Shown: positions 10,382 through 20,240 of the stretch, piece by piece
Layout: every line of letters begins with the position of its first letter
How positions within the stretch are numbered: the first letter of the stretch is position 1
The notes under the pieces: generated by a model
The model's input: the letters and a program-made list of their open reading frames with translations, nothing else
Told to the model about the DNA's origin: nothing
Database searches by the model: none
Made by a program: the position numbers and the translations under genes
Virus record (IMG/VR): IMGVR_UViG_3300021431_000075
Location: 96,001 to 160,000 of that record
DNA from: a virus
Taxonomy: Duplodnaviria; Caudoviricetes
Reading direction: 5' to 3' (one strand)
DNA: 64,000 bases

Positions 10382-11023
10382 TTAAATAATGTCTATATGT
10401 GTCAATGTGCGGTATTTAAGTCCGGGAGCCATAAGAATCTGAACCTTCTTATCTTCTGTTGTCAATAAAACAGGTTTCATAGAATCTTCAAGCGCATAGC
10501 GAATCACAAGACGTTCAATCTCCATCATGTTCATCGCCTGTATCAAAGTATCAACATAACCATAACTGAAAGCGTTTCCATGAATCATAAACTGAGCATA
10601 AGCAGACTCGTATCTGTCAATTTCTCCGATTCCGCTACATACAGGACACGTGTCATGCAAATGATAGACTGTTCCGTCAAGACCGGTATAACTCCAGTCA
10701 ACATAACCGCTTCCGCCACATTCAGAACAAAGATAATCATAGTCATCGACTGGAAACTTTCTGATTACATCTTTCAAATAATCCAGTGTCAGTTCTTCAT
10801 CAATCTGCATATCCGGCATCACTTTGCTGACATCCGGCGGAATCGAACCGTCAACAGTCTCTTCGTAACCGAGACTGGCGTCATGCATAGATTCATCTAT
10901 GCGAATAAGCATACGACCGTCTGTCGCGCATATAAAACCGTCCTGAAGAAACGGCTTGCTGATGTTATGTTGATTATTGTCTTCTCTATAGAAAAGTCTT
11001 AACAGTTGTTCTTCGTTCTTCAT
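10382..11023 (-). CDS. phage protein with DnaJ-like CxxCxGxG zinc finger
   Basis: CSECGGSG, CPVCSGIG; ATDG motif reminiscent of the sliding-clamp fold. Confidence 0.65.
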   Translation of the reverse strand: MKNEEQLLRLFYREDNNQHNISKPFLQDGFICATDGRMLIRIDESMHDASLGYEETVDGSIPPDVSKVMPDMQIDEELTLDYLKDVIRKFPVDDYDYLCSECGGSGYVDWSYTGLDGTVYHLHDTCPVCSGIGEIDRYESAYAQFMIHGNAFSYGYVDTLIQAMNMMEIERLVIRYALEDSMKPVLLTTEDKKVQILMAPGLKYRTLTHIDII

Positions 11024-11034
11024 AACACTCTAAA

Positions 11035-11508
11035 TTAAACATTCAATAATGTATGAGTTGATGCATTAAAAATATTCTGTATATATTCATCAGAGTCTAT
11101 TGCATCTATTGAAATTGCATCAATTAAGCCGCTTATGTTATCTGAAAATTCAGTACAGACGCGAACCTTTTGATTGTTGTTACTTATATTCTCTCTTACG
11201 AATTTTCCTCTGACTATTCTTTCAATCATATTGGCATCATTATAGTCATAGTCATTAACCAGCAATCGTGTAAGCGTTCTTCTTTTGTCAATTCCATTTT
11301 TAACATCAAGGAATTTCAAGCTGTCAATACAAGACTTTAATTCCGCAATCCAGTGAGCAAAGTTTTCACTTTCAGAATTGAACAATTGATACCATTTGCA
11401 AAGACACCAATTCTCTACCAGTTGAAACCGCAGTCCATCTACTCTTGCTTTGTATGCTTTCAATGACACAGTCGTTTTATTGATTATGTCTATTTTGTCA
11501 CAAATCAT
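11035..11508 (-). CDS. hypothetical protein
   Basis: AT-rich ORF, HWIAEL motif. Confidence 0.6.
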   Translation of the reverse strand: MICDKIDIINKTTVSLKAYKARVDGLRFQLVENWCLCKWYQLFNSESENFAHWIAELKSCIDSLKFLDVKNGIDKRRTLTRLLVNDYDYNDANMIERIVRGKFVRENISNNNQKVRVCTEFSDNISGLIDAISIDAIDSDEYIQNIFNASTHTLLNV

Positions 11509-11526
11509 AAAATTTTATTTGTTTCA

Positions 11527-11724
11527 TCATTTTGAATCATTAGCCGTGCAAAGCATTTGAAGAACTCCAACAAGCTGTTTCAAACGAGAACGTTCTATAT
11601 AGAAAAGTTCGCGTTCTACTTTTCCAGATTCGTACATTCCGATAAGAGTCCGCTCGCCGTTATCTTCAATATGACACCACTTCCACTCACCATCATGCAA
11701 GTCTATCTCAATCTTCTTTGCCAT
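11527..11724 (-). CDS. hypothetical protein
   Basis: Operon packing. Confidence 0.6.
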   Translation of the reverse strand: MAKKIEIDLHDGEWKWCHIEDNGERTLIGMYESGKVERELFYIERSRLKQLVGVLQMLCTANDSK

Positions 11725-11727
11725 TGT

Positions 11728-11943
11728 TCATTTCTTTGATTTTTTATTCAACATGTTAATAATTTTCAACAAGTTATCATGAAGATATTTTTCAGTTGAA
11801 ACAGAAATGGTTCTCATAAATTCATCGAGAACATCTTTAGCGCCCTCTATGTATGCATCACGACCTTCTTTATTATCGTCATAGCCATCTTGATCGATTA
11901 CTTGTGGGAACTTCTCTAATGCAGTTTCTTCGATTGATTTCAT
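11728..11943 (-). CDS. hypothetical protein
   Basis: Start revised to MKSIEETA; RDAYIEGA motif. Confidence 0.6.
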   Translation of the reverse strand: MKSIEETALEKFPQVIDQDGYDDNKEGRDAYIEGAKDVLDEFMRTISVSTEKYLHDNLLKIINMLNKKSKK

Positions 11944-12079
11944 TTTTAATTGTGTTTTAATGTTTTCAAAGTTTTCAAAGTGCAAATTTAGCATTTTATC
12001 TGAATATCTGCAAGAATTTATACAAAAATTAACAATAAAAATGCTTGCTGATTTCTCAACAAGCATTATAATTATAATT

Positions 12080-12496
12080 TCATTTCTTCTTTTTTGTCAA
12101 ATGACTCTTTATCCCTCCACATCGTCTACTACAACAAGGATTATTTTTAAAAGGCAAATCTTTCTTCCGTATCAAAAACTCTTTTCCACATATAGGACAT
12201 ATGACAGGAACCAATTCTCTATGTTTATGGTCTTTCACTAAATTATAATAACTGGATATAACTTGAAGATTCTCTATTCTATCATCCATTCTATTACCAT
12301 TTATATGATCTACATGAAAACCTACTGGAACATCTGTTTCATAATAACTTGTATACAAATATTTGGCATAACTCATACTTATCATATTACCTTCATTATC
12401 TCTTAATGTAGCAACTCTCCTTGGTTCTTTATTTGTATTGATGTATAGTCTTTTAAAGCCCTTATTCTTATAATATTCTGAAACCTCTCCAATCAT
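12080..12496 (-). CDS. HNH endonuclease with C-terminal zinc finger
   Basis: HVDHINGNRMDDRIENLQ; CPICGKEF...CCSRRC. Confidence 0.85.
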   Translation of the reverse strand: MIGEVSEYYKNKGFKRLYINTNKEPRRVATLRDNEGNMISMSYAKYLYTSYYETDVPVGFHVDHINGNRMDDRIENLQVISSYYNLVKDHKHRELVPVICPICGKEFLIRKKDLPFKNNPCCSRRCGGIKSHLTKKKK

Positions 12497-12515
12497 ATAT
12501 AAAATTAAAAAAATG

Positions 12516-12589
12516 TGGACCAGCCAGGGCTTGAACCTGGGACCTATGGCTTATGAGGCCATTGCTCTAACCGACTGAGCTACAAGTCC
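12516..12589 (-). tRNA. tRNA with CAT anticodon (Ile2-type likely, or elongator Met)
   Basis: Full cloverleaf; anticodon arm ATGGC-CTCATAA-GCCAT; T-loop TTCAAGC; no encoded CCA. Confidence 0.92.
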
Positions 12590-12598
12590 ATTATATTT

Positions 12599-12783
12599 AA
12601 GAGTCTCTGGCCTTATGTATGTCTGCAGTTTTATACTGTTTGTACTTCACAGTCCACAGAGTGCTGATCCCCTATTATGCCTTCAGGAAAACTACCAGAC
12701 CGTCCAGTCATTCAGAATCCGATTCAGGCGAGTAGCATCTCATGGTAGTGTCTTTTGATGCCGGCTCTTTTACGGAGACTCTT
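12599..12783 (-). ncRNA. candidate structured ncRNA, about 185 nt, family not recognised
   Basis: 9-bp closing stem AAGAGTCTC/GAGACTCTT, several internal helices, GC-richer than flanks, lies between a promoter and the tRNA. Confidence 0.65.
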
Positions 12784-12801
12784 TGTATTTCTAATTTCTG
12801 A

Positions 12802-12834
12802 TGCAAAGATAATGCTTTTTCGCCATCCGGCAAA
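12802..12834 (-). promoter_or_regulatory. Bacteroidota primary-sigma promoter driving ncRNA-tRNA-HNH
   Basis: TTTG-19nt-TATCTTTGCA. Confidence 0.8.
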
Positions 12835-12860
12835 AGAAAAATCCAAAAAAATTTTAGTTT

Positions 12861-14795
12861 TTAGACAAATAAAGCGATTTCCTTGCTTTTGCAATCCAGA
12901 AAAACATCATTCTCAACCTTTACCAAACCTCCCGGCTTCAACACCACATTTCCATCAATCCACTTATCAAACACCACACTTCCATCTTCACTAACGACAT
13001 TGCACAGCCCGTTCTTGTCCATGACAATATGATATGAATCAACACCGTAGCCGATTATTTCCTTTATCTTATCATATGAACGAGATGGAATCCATTCGTC
13101 AAGAATAAGCCCATTTCCAATCACATAATAGTTATACATGCTTTCCGCATTCCAAGAACCATTTATTTCAGAAGAAGATGACGCTTTAATCATCTTTGTA
13201 ATGTTCGGGCGCTTTGAAACAACAAGCAACTTTCCATATGCTCTTTCCAGACCATACCCGAGTTTCGAACTGTCGAAAAGAGCATGACCGTCTTTTTCAA
13301 TAACTCTCTTTGTATAAACTTTCTTGCTCTCTCCGCCGACTTTAATTTCATTCGTCGTCTCGACTATCGCTGTTCCATTATGAAAGTCACCGACTTCATC
13401 AAATCTCTCGTCAGATATAAAGTTCCCGTTCTTGTCCATAAAGGTCCAACCGTCTTCATCCTGAACCGATACAAGACCATCTTCAAATAAACTCGTATCC
13501 TGAAACATCTTGTCCGTTATAGGCAATCCGGTCCTATCGATAAAAGTGTAGTTTTCTTCATCAACCTGCACCCGCGCGATTCCGTCCGAAAAATAACTAC
13601 GGTACATATATTTGCCATCGGACACAAACTCACCTTTCTTGTTGATTACCATATAATCATAATTAATGTCACCTTCTTTGACAGCGAAAGCAAGACCTTC
13701 TGAAAAATCGGAACAGTCCCTGAACTTCTTTTTCATAAAGAACTTTCCGTTCGTATCAACATATGTCTTCTTCTTGTCACCAAGTTCAACCACAGCACAC
13801 CCGTCACTAAAGGCTCGACATGATCTAAACCACTTTGTGCTCATCAACTTGCCATCCCTATCTATGAAATTATAGCATTGCTCTTTTCTTTCCGCATCCT
13901 TGACGACAAACCAGCCCTCCGAATATTTTCCGATTTCTGCCATATTCTCAATAATGAACTCTTCCTTGTCTATGCTGTAAATGCTGTATCTTGAACTGTC
14001 CTCCGAATACACGACAAGTCCGAGTTCTTCATAAACCCTGCAATAATCTCCATCGTTATCAAACAAGAATTTCTTGTTCTTCATGTCATAAACATTGCAA
14101 CCGGAAACGCCACTTCCAAGTACCAGATAATCTCCATGCACAGCATTGACCATACATCCAGAATTACACAAATCTCTATCTGGCGTAATCTGGTTTCCTT
14201 TTGAGTCAACAACAACATATTTGGTATGAAACGGATAATTAATCAGGAATGCATAATAACCGTCACGACCCTTCAGTATATTGTTTTTAATCGCGCTGAC
14301 AGCAATATGCTTCATGACGTCTTTTTCAGAATACTTGGATTTAAATAAGTAAGTGGACAGAACTTGCAGATTTGAACACATCCCAGTTGTGATATGTGTA
14401 ATCAAATCACTTCCTCTAATAGTCCTTATTTCATATTTAACTTTGACCATCAGAAAAGTACTCACAATGCTCATCAATACATCACAAAAGACTCCTATAA
14501 ATGAATCGTTTTCTCTAAACTCAAAATCAATCTTGAAATGTTTGAAATTCGGCTTGTCATTTGAAGAATATGCTATACTGCTCCATATCCTGAACTTGTA
14601 ACTGCACAACTTGTCCAAATCCCGCTTGATTTTTTTAAACGCAACATCTTCACATGAGTAAATATCCACAACTACATGTAACTTGACAGTCTTGATTTCG
14701 TCATCCTCATCGTTATTGTCAGTGACTTCATCTGCTTCAACTTTATCAAGAAGATTTTCTGCCAAATATTTTCTATTAAAATAATCGTTATGCAT
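12861..14795 (-). CDS. WG-repeat protein
   Basis: Repeated FS(D/E)GxAxV...Y(N/T)FIDxxG units. Confidence 0.85.
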   Translation of the reverse strand: MHNDYFNRKYLAENLLDKVEADEVTDNNDEDDEIKTVKLHVVVDIYSCEDVAFKKIKRDLDKLCSYKFRIWSSIAYSSNDKPNFKHFKIDFEFRENDSFIGVFCDVLMSIVSTFLMVKVKYEIRTIRGSDLITHITTGMCSNLQVLSTYLFKSKYSEKDVMKHIAVSAIKNNILKGRDGYYAFLINYPFHTKYVVVDSKGNQITPDRDLCNSGCMVNAVHGDYLVLGSGVSGCNVYDMKNKKFLFDNDGDYCRVYEELGLVVYSEDSSRYSIYSIDKEEFIIENMAEIGKYSEGWFVVKDAERKEQCYNFIDRDGKLMSTKWFRSCRAFSDGCAVVELGDKKKTYVDTNGKFFMKKKFRDCSDFSEGLAFAVKEGDINYDYMVINKKGEFVSDGKYMYRSYFSDGIARVQVDEENYTFIDRTGLPITDKMFQDTSLFEDGLVSVQDEDGWTFMDKNGNFISDERFDEVGDFHNGTAIVETTNEIKVGGESKKVYTKRVIEKDGHALFDSSKLGYGLERAYGKLLVVSKRPNITKMIKASSSSEINGSWNAESMYNYYVIGNGLILDEWIPSRSYDKIKEIIGYGVDSYHIVMDKNGLCNVVSEDGSVVFDKWIDGNVVLKPGGLVKVENDVFLDCKSKEIALFV

Positions 14796-14827
14796 CTATT
14801 CGGACCGAACCGTTTTCTTTATTTTTA

Positions 14828-14842
14828 TTATAAGATATTTAT
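14828..14842 (-). promoter_or_regulatory. putative phage late-type promoter (ATAAATA core)
   Basis: ATAAATATCTTATAA, identical at 24348-24362. Confidence 0.5.
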
Positions 14843-14852
14843 TTTTCAAATC

Positions 14853-14886
14853 AAAAATGCTTGAGTTTCATTTCGAGACTCAAGCA
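14853..14886 (-). terminator. intrinsic terminator
   Basis: TGCTTGAGT/ACTCAAGCA stem plus T-run. Confidence 0.7.
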
Positions 14887-14934
14887 ATGACTACATAAGA
14901 AACATTATATTGAATAATAAAGAAAAATCAAAAA

Positions 14935-15231
14935 TCAATCATCAAACTCATCTGCAAGTTCTCTCAGCATTTGAGCAACGTCAGAGCTGCCAGCATAGAA
15001 CTTATTTGCAACAAGGATGTTCTTGACTTTCTCTTTCATTTCTTCAATAGAAATCCTGTCACAGTTGCAAGAACCACAATCGCTTCCTTTTGCTTCTTCA
15101 ACGTTATCGCTCAAATCTCCAAACAAAGAATTGGCGACATCATCTGCCTCTCCGGCATATTTCTCAGCTTCATATTCATCACAGAAATTGCAATTCCGAC
15201 TGCAGACTTTCCAAAATTTGCAAACAGACAT
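14935..15231 (-). CDS. small Cys-rich hypothetical protein
   Basis: ORF track; packing. Confidence 0.65.
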   Translation of the reverse strand: MSVCKFWKVCSRNCNFCDEYEAEKYAGEADDVANSLFGDLSDNVEEAKGSDCGSCNCDRISIEEMKEKVKNILVANKFYAGSSDVAQMLRELADEFDD

Positions 15232-15251
15232 AATCGTTATTTTATTTTAGT

Positions 15252-15464
15252 TCATTCTTCGGTTAATTTATCTTTAAACTTCAAATATTCTGAGCATAAA
15301 GACTTGCAATAATACTTTTCCATTTCAGTGCATCTTGAATCACAAAACGCTTTCAACGCCTTATCTATGCAAAAATCATAGCAATCATCGAACAGCGTTC
15401 TCGGATTTATAACTTCTACCGGTCTTCCATGACCGTCAAAAATCTTACTTCTTGAACTGCTCAT
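15252..15464 (-). CDS. hypothetical protein
   Basis: ORF track; packing. Confidence 0.6.
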   Translation of the reverse strand: MSSSRSKIFDGHGRPVEVINPRTLFDDCYDFCIDKALKAFCDSRCTEMEKYYCKSLCSEYLKFKDKLTEE

Positions 15465-15864
15465 TTGGTTTTATTTGTTTTAGTTCATAATCGGTGACAA
15501 GTTCTGCAAGTCCGTTCACTATCAAACCATGATGATCGAAACCGTTCTCGTTCAACCAGTCTATGCTTGACGACGTATCATAGTAACAAGCGAACTCGCC
15601 GTCATCTCTAAATATACATCGCTTATGATATTCAACAAGTTCAAGCTCTGTCATAGAATCTTTCCTGCGAAGGAAAGGTCTCAAGACATCAACAACTCCA
15701 TGTCTAAAATCATCAAGAAGTTCTCCTGTCAATGTAGCAATATGAAACTGATACCCATTAAAACTGCTCACACCGACATTAACTTTGATTTCATACGGCA
15801 ACCTGCCGCTCAAATCCTTATAAACAAGTTTTCTGTTCTCGTCAAGTTCAAATCCAAACATCAT
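15445..15864 (-). CDS. phage protein, paralog of 25252-25689
   Basis: KDLSGRLPY...PFLR...SMTE...IDWLN...FDHHGLI; start revised. Confidence 0.7.
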   Translation of the reverse strand: MMFGFELDENRKLVYKDLSGRLPYEIKVNVGVSSFNGYQFHIATLTGELLDDFRHGVVDVLRPFLRRKDSMTELELVEYHKRCIFRDDGEFACYYDTSSSIDWLNENGFDHHGLIVNGLAELVTDYELKQIKPNEQFKK

Positions 15865-15880
15865 TTTCTGCAACTTTGTT

Positions 15881-16465
15881 TCAATCTTCTTTTGCAAAAC
15901 CGTGTTCAACACACCAGTTGTACATTTCCTGCATTGACTCCTGCGGTGTCTTTCCGTAGCAAATCGCATTGTCATAAGGACCTGTCTCTGAATCCGGGTT
16001 CATACAAACCGCTACTTCGTCAGTTCCATAGCAAGCCTTCCAATCCTTTCCATCATTGTGCAACGTAAACCAGCCGATATCAAGACCATCCTTGTCATCA
16101 GATGCATAACCGACAACTTCGCCTTCATCATTGAGCAGCTTGTTTCTTCCAATATGCGACGGCAATCTCTTGAAAAGCTCATCAACTGACATAAGACCGG
16201 AAGAATCTTCCTTGATAACCGCATCTATCGGAACAAAATCGAATCTTGGAACATAACCACATTTCATTGCAAGTTCAACTAACTTGCTCAACTTTGGATT
16301 GTAGTCATAGTCCATCAGTTTCTTGATGCTGCTTTTAGACAAACCGAATTCTTCTATAGAAATCTTCTTGCCTTCTCCGGCATGCTCTACGATAAACCTA
16401 TTGAACTGCAAACACAATTTTGCAATCCAATATTCCGGAGCATTCAAAAGTTCTTCTCTTGTCAT
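15881..16465 (-). CDS. XRE-HTH/antitoxin-like domain fused to an unknown domain
   Basis: MTREELLNAPEYW...YNPKLSKLVELAMKCGYVP. Confidence 0.6.
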   Translation of the reverse strand: MTREELLNAPEYWIAKLCLQFNRFIVEHAGEGKKISIEEFGLSKSSIKKLMDYDYNPKLSKLVELAMKCGYVPRFDFVPIDAVIKEDSSGLMSVDELFKRLPSHIGRNKLLNDEGEVVGYASDDKDGLDIGWFTLHNDGKDWKACYGTDEVAVCMNPDSETGPYDNAICYGKTPQESMQEMYNWCVEHGFAKED

Positions 16466-16475
16466 TGCTTTATAA

Positions 16476-16856
16476 TTAAAAATTAGTTTTCATGAATTGT
16501 AGAAAATCAGCAACATCACGCATTTTCATTTTCATCAATAATAGAAAACAAGCATCAACTTCATTGTCTGTTCCATTTGTCGAATAAACCTTTCCTTCTT
16601 TTTGAACAGTCACCAACAGCAAACCACTTTCTTTATCTCGTGAAATCTGATAACTGTCGAACAAAGACAATAATGCAGCAAGAGACCAACATGGAGTCTT
16701 TTCTTTTGAAGAACACGGATGTTGACAATTTGTATGAATAATGTGGTAGCAATCATTATGTCGAACATAATAAGAATCTGCAGTTTTCTCATCCAAGATT
16801 AATCCAAGCAGCTCCGACTGTTTCAAGTCTGTATGAGTTTTAACTTTTATTTCCAT
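16476..16856 (-). CDS. TxxxQS...PCWSL family phage protein
   Basis: Motifs shared with 30355, 44805 and 53087 genes. Confidence 0.7.
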   Translation of the reverse strand: MEIKVKTHTDLKQSELLGLILDEKTADSYYVRHNDCYHIIHTNCQHPCSSKEKTPCWSLAALLSLFDSYQISRDKESGLLLVTVQKEGKVYSTNGTDNEVDACFLLLMKMKMRDVADFLQFMKTNF

Positions 16857-16966
16857 AATTAATCTTCTTTGTTCAAAATCTCATCTTTAAACTTACAAAA
16901 TCTTTCGCATCTGTTATTGCAACTACATTGCTGTTCATCTGTACATAACGAATTGCAGTATAACAG

Positions 16967-17230
16967 TCATGCATTCAAACCAAGAAACTCACGAACCTTG
17001 TCTTTTTGTATTCTTGGAATAGGACTCCAAGCAATGACCCTATTGTCTGCATAGTCACAGACATGGTTCTCACCATCAGGATCGTGTTCTTCTGTCATCT
17101 GGCTGCACCAATATTTGCTTATATCATCATAAACATAAACATAGAAACCAGACATATAACTATCATAGCAAAAACATCTTTGCATATGCTCAGGTCTCTT
17201 GACCTTTGTATCAATCCATTTAATTTCCAT
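16967..17230 (-). CDS. DUF551-like phage protein
   Basis: KWIDTKVKRPE ... VIAWSPIP. Confidence 0.6.
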   Translation of the reverse strand: MEIKWIDTKVKRPEHMQRCFCYDSYMSGFYVYVYDDISKYWCSQMTEEHDPDGENHVCDYADNRVIAWSPIPRIQKDKVREFLGLNA

Positions 17231-17269
17231 ACAGTTATCTCTCTTTTAGTCAACAAAAAAGTTCATCAT

Positions 17270-17554
17270 TCAAGCATCCGGTTCTTCCTTAATGACAGAA
17301 TCCATCGGGATGAAATCAATCACCGGGATATAACCGCATTTCATCACCAGTTCAACCATCTTGCTCAACTTGGGATCAAAAAACAGATTATTCAGTTTTT
17401 CCGTCATTTCTGGCGAACTGCATCCATCTTTTAAATCATCATCATCCTTGATTTCTTTAAAATGTTTTAGAATAAAATGGCTATATTTTGTACACAAGCC
17501 AACACTCCAATTTTCTGGAGATTTTTTTAAAAGTTCTACTTCTGCTTTTGTCAT
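17270..17554 (-). CDS. short paralog of the 15881-16465 HTH domain
   Basis: ELLKKSPENW...PKLSKMVELVMKCGYIPVIDF. Confidence 0.65.
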   Translation of the reverse strand: MTKAEVELLKKSPENWSVGLCTKYSHFILKHFKEIKDDDDLKDGCSSPEMTEKLNNLFFDPKLSKMVELVMKCGYIPVIDFIPMDSVIKEEPDA

Positions 17555-17570
17555 TGTTTCTTATTTTTAA

Positions 17571-18035
17571 CTAATTGCTTGTTTTTGAACCGTCAACAAG
17601 ACCTGCTTTCTTGTAATATTCGATTATATTTTGTATAAATGCCGCATCTAACCTTAAATTTCCAAGCAAAAAGAAATATTTCAACAACTTATAAACATCA
17701 CTTTCGTACTCAACTGGCACAAATGAAGTGAACAGTTGTCGAACGTTCATTTGAAACTGCTTACCAAGAGCATTGTCACTTCTGACATTATATAAGCCGT
17801 CTGAAACATATTCAAGCCAATATGTTTCTCCTTGCTTCATCCATGTCATAACCGGAATGATGCAACGAAGAAAACGACCAGTCACAAAATCCCTGATAAC
17901 ATCTTCGTCTATCACGTTTTGACTACCATCAGCACCAACGATCATGTGATTGTCATCACAATCCTGTTCCCATTCTTCGAACGATTCACCAAATATGGCT
18001 TTTATCCATCTTCTTGAAAATATTTGCTGTTTCAT
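17571..18035 (-). CDS. hypothetical protein
   Basis: C-terminus shared with 18060-18269. Confidence 0.65.
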   Translation of the reverse strand: MKQQIFSRRWIKAIFGESFEEWEQDCDDNHMIVGADGSQNVIDEDVIRDFVTGRFLRCIIPVMTWMKQGETYWLEYVSDGLYNVRSDNALGKQFQMNVRQLFTSFVPVEYESDVYKLLKYFFLLGNLRLDAAFIQNIIEYYKKAGLVDGSKTSN

Positions 18036-18104
18036 AATGTATCTATAAACCTTGCTTAATTATAGTGTTTTCGAACCGTCAACAAGACCTTCTTTCTTAT
18101 AATA
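17580..18104. repeat. 39-bp direct repeat (17580-17618 and 18066-18104)
   Basis: 36/39 identical; encodes YYKKxGLVDGSKT in both genes. Confidence 0.85.
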
Positions 18105-18269
18105 GTCAACATATTCTTGTGCATCCGGTCCTATTTCGTTCCATTGACTGATTTCATTCCATTCTCTTTCAAGAACATCTTTCGGAGTTTCTTTAAAATG
18201 TCTCTCCAACCCGTCTGAAATCAGACCGTTACTGCTCTCAACAGTTCTGTTTATTTCTAAATCTTCCAT
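18060..18269 (-). CDS. small hypothetical protein
   Basis: ETPKDVLEREWNEI...EIGPDA. Confidence 0.6.
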   Translation of the reverse strand: MEDLEINRTVESSNGLISDGLERHFKETPKDVLEREWNEISQWNEIGPDAQEYVDYYKKEGLVDGSKTL

Positions 18270-18272
18270 TTA

Positions 18273-18503
18273 TCAAACATTCTTAACAAACAAACTAATA
18301 TCTACCCTGTCAGCAAGACTGGACTCCAAGAATGTGATAGAAGTTATCTCATAGTTCCTGTATTTGCGACAACTTTCAACTCCGGCTCTATAATCACTCA
18401 ACCAGAATGTGACTTCATGCTCATCTTCTGTTTCAGATTCAACAATCAACTTGACTCTTGCTTCTTCGTCACAAATCAAATTAAAAAAATCATCAACAGT
18501 CAT
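18273..18503 (-). CDS. hypothetical protein
   Basis: ORF track; packing. Confidence 0.6.
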   Translation of the reverse strand: MTVDDFFNLICDEEARVKLIVESETEDEHEVTFWLSDYRAGVESCRKYRNYEITSITFLESSLADRVDISLFVKNV

Positions 18504-18506
18504 AAA

Positions 18507-19022
18507 TTATTCAACTTTAATGTATTCGACATCTACATCATTAGCGTCATCACCATCTTCCTTCACGAACTTGTCAAAACCGGCGAACTTCTCGACCCAT
18601 TTACGAGTCCTTGCATCATAGCATCCGAACCATTTTGCAATCATGGTTATGAAACCGGGCATCGCAAGATGCTTGCTCAAAAACTCTTCATATGCACTCT
18701 CGGCTTCTTCCCTGCTTGTAGCGAACTCGCATTTCTCGCCGTTAGTCTCATAGTTGAAATTGATGTTGTATTGCTCAGTCACTTTATCCATGATGTCTTT
18801 CAGTGTCGGTGCATAATCAACAACAGAAAGCGGTTCCGCAAGTCCGACATAGACAATGCTGTTCAGTTCTCCGTTTTCATCTTCGCCGAAGTAATCATCA
18901 TCTTCATTGTTCCAAGCGTCATCAACAAACTTGACAAGTTCTTCAACTGAACTAAACTTATCGGAAAAACACTCGTCTTCATTGGGTCCAAATATAAACT
19001 CGTTTCTTGTTTCTTCTTCCAT
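18507..19022 (-). CDS. acidic hypothetical protein
   Basis: Strongly D/E-rich. Confidence 0.7.
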   Translation of the reverse strand: MEEETRNEFIFGPNEDECFSDKFSSVEELVKFVDDAWNNEDDDYFGEDENGELNSIVYVGLAEPLSVVDYAPTLKDIMDKVTEQYNINFNYETNGEKCEFATSREEAESAYEEFLSKHLAMPGFITMIAKWFGCYDARTRKWVEKFAGFDKFVKEDGDDANDVDVEYIKVE

Positions 19023-19155
19023 CTTCTATCTTTTTAATGCATGTCTCTTGTCTCACAAAATGCAGGATAACCGTTGCACATAATCTTCCGGCATTTGATG
19101 ACTTTTTTCATCTTATTGTATGTCTCTTTCAACTTCTTTAATCTCATTTTGATTT

Positions 19156-20232
19156 CTATGCTTCATTAGAATATCTTGCTGAATTTTCAACAATCTCTTT
19201 CTCTGTAGCACGTCTGAAATAATTGTCGAAATCTCTCTTTGAAACATGGATGAAACTTCCGCTTCCGGGCCATGAGCACAGGTCTCCGTCTTTCGAACAA
19301 TAAAGAACCGAACCTTCCACGAGATGCATAAAATGTTTCTTGACTACATACCAGCAGCCTTCTGTCGGATATACAAAACTTCGGTCTGTAGCTGTACTGC
19401 TCACATCACAACCTTCATTTGCACGCACTTCAACAGACGCAAGCAAACTGAGAATCTTGTCAATATCCATCCCATACCAGACACAACGAGTCGGTTTCTC
19501 GTCTGTATTGTCTTGATTTCTCTTTAACGTATTGCTCTTCACTTCATTGAATTGCTTAACTACTTTGCCGAGCATCGAACTGTCATAATAGTTATTGACA
19601 GAATTCGAATCTTTCAATTTCTTAAAAAAGCAAATGAGTTCACCGATTTCAAGTCCATGCCATGATAATGGTTCTTCACTATCAATCTCATTATAAATGC
19701 CTTCGAAAACATCAATGATTCTCTGAATCAGAAAGTTCCTGTCGTTATATTCGACCGGTTTCTTCACATCTCTAACCACAGGACCTGTCGAACAACCAAC
19801 AGGTTTGCATCCAATACCGGCTTTGTTCTTATAGAACTTGACTGCATCAAGACAAGCATTGAGAACATAGTCAGAAACATCATTCGCGCCTATTGAATAA
19901 TTCTCAATTGTCTTGAACCTTTTCATCAGTTCATCCCAGACATTGCGAGAGTACTTGTCAGCAAAATCAACAATACTTATGTCTGTTTTTGATTTCTGCG
20001 ATTCAATCAATGCAATTGCATCACCAACGGTAACAAACCCCTTGATTGGCTCATCTTTGTCCTCAAAAGATTTCAATAATTCCAAGATACCGTCCAGAAT
20101 CATTCCATTGACAAGTTCTGCTGATTCCGGAAACATTCGTGCAAGCGTTCTTGCACAAATCGTTTCTCTTTTTTCTAAGGCATCTTGGACAATGCCGAGA
20201 GCATTTTCATAGTTGTTTTTGTCTGTATCCAT
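19156..20232 (-). CDS. multi-module hypothetical protein (YExAL...FPE N-terminus, GxWY...RATEKE C-terminus)
   Basis: Shares modules with the repeat family. Confidence 0.7.
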   Translation of the reverse strand: MDTDKNNYENALGIVQDALEKRETICARTLARMFPESAELVNGMILDGILELLKSFEDKDEPIKGFVTVGDAIALIESQKSKTDISIVDFADKYSRNVWDELMKRFKTIENYSIGANDVSDYVLNACLDAVKFYKNKAGIGCKPVGCSTGPVVRDVKKPVEYNDRNFLIQRIIDVFEGIYNEIDSEEPLSWHGLEIGELICFFKKLKDSNSVNNYYDSSMLGKVVKQFNEVKSNTLKRNQDNTDEKPTRCVWYGMDIDKILSLLASVEVRANEGCDVSSTATDRSFVYPTEGCWYVVKKHFMHLVEGSVLYCSKDGDLCSWPGSGSFIHVSKRDFDNYFRRATEKEIVENSARYSNEA

Positions 20233-20240
20233 ATCTTACA

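Noticed and set aside
12497-12515. HDV-like (theta) ribozyme after either tRNA
   Set aside because: The 3' trailers are short AT-rich spacers leading straight into ORFs.
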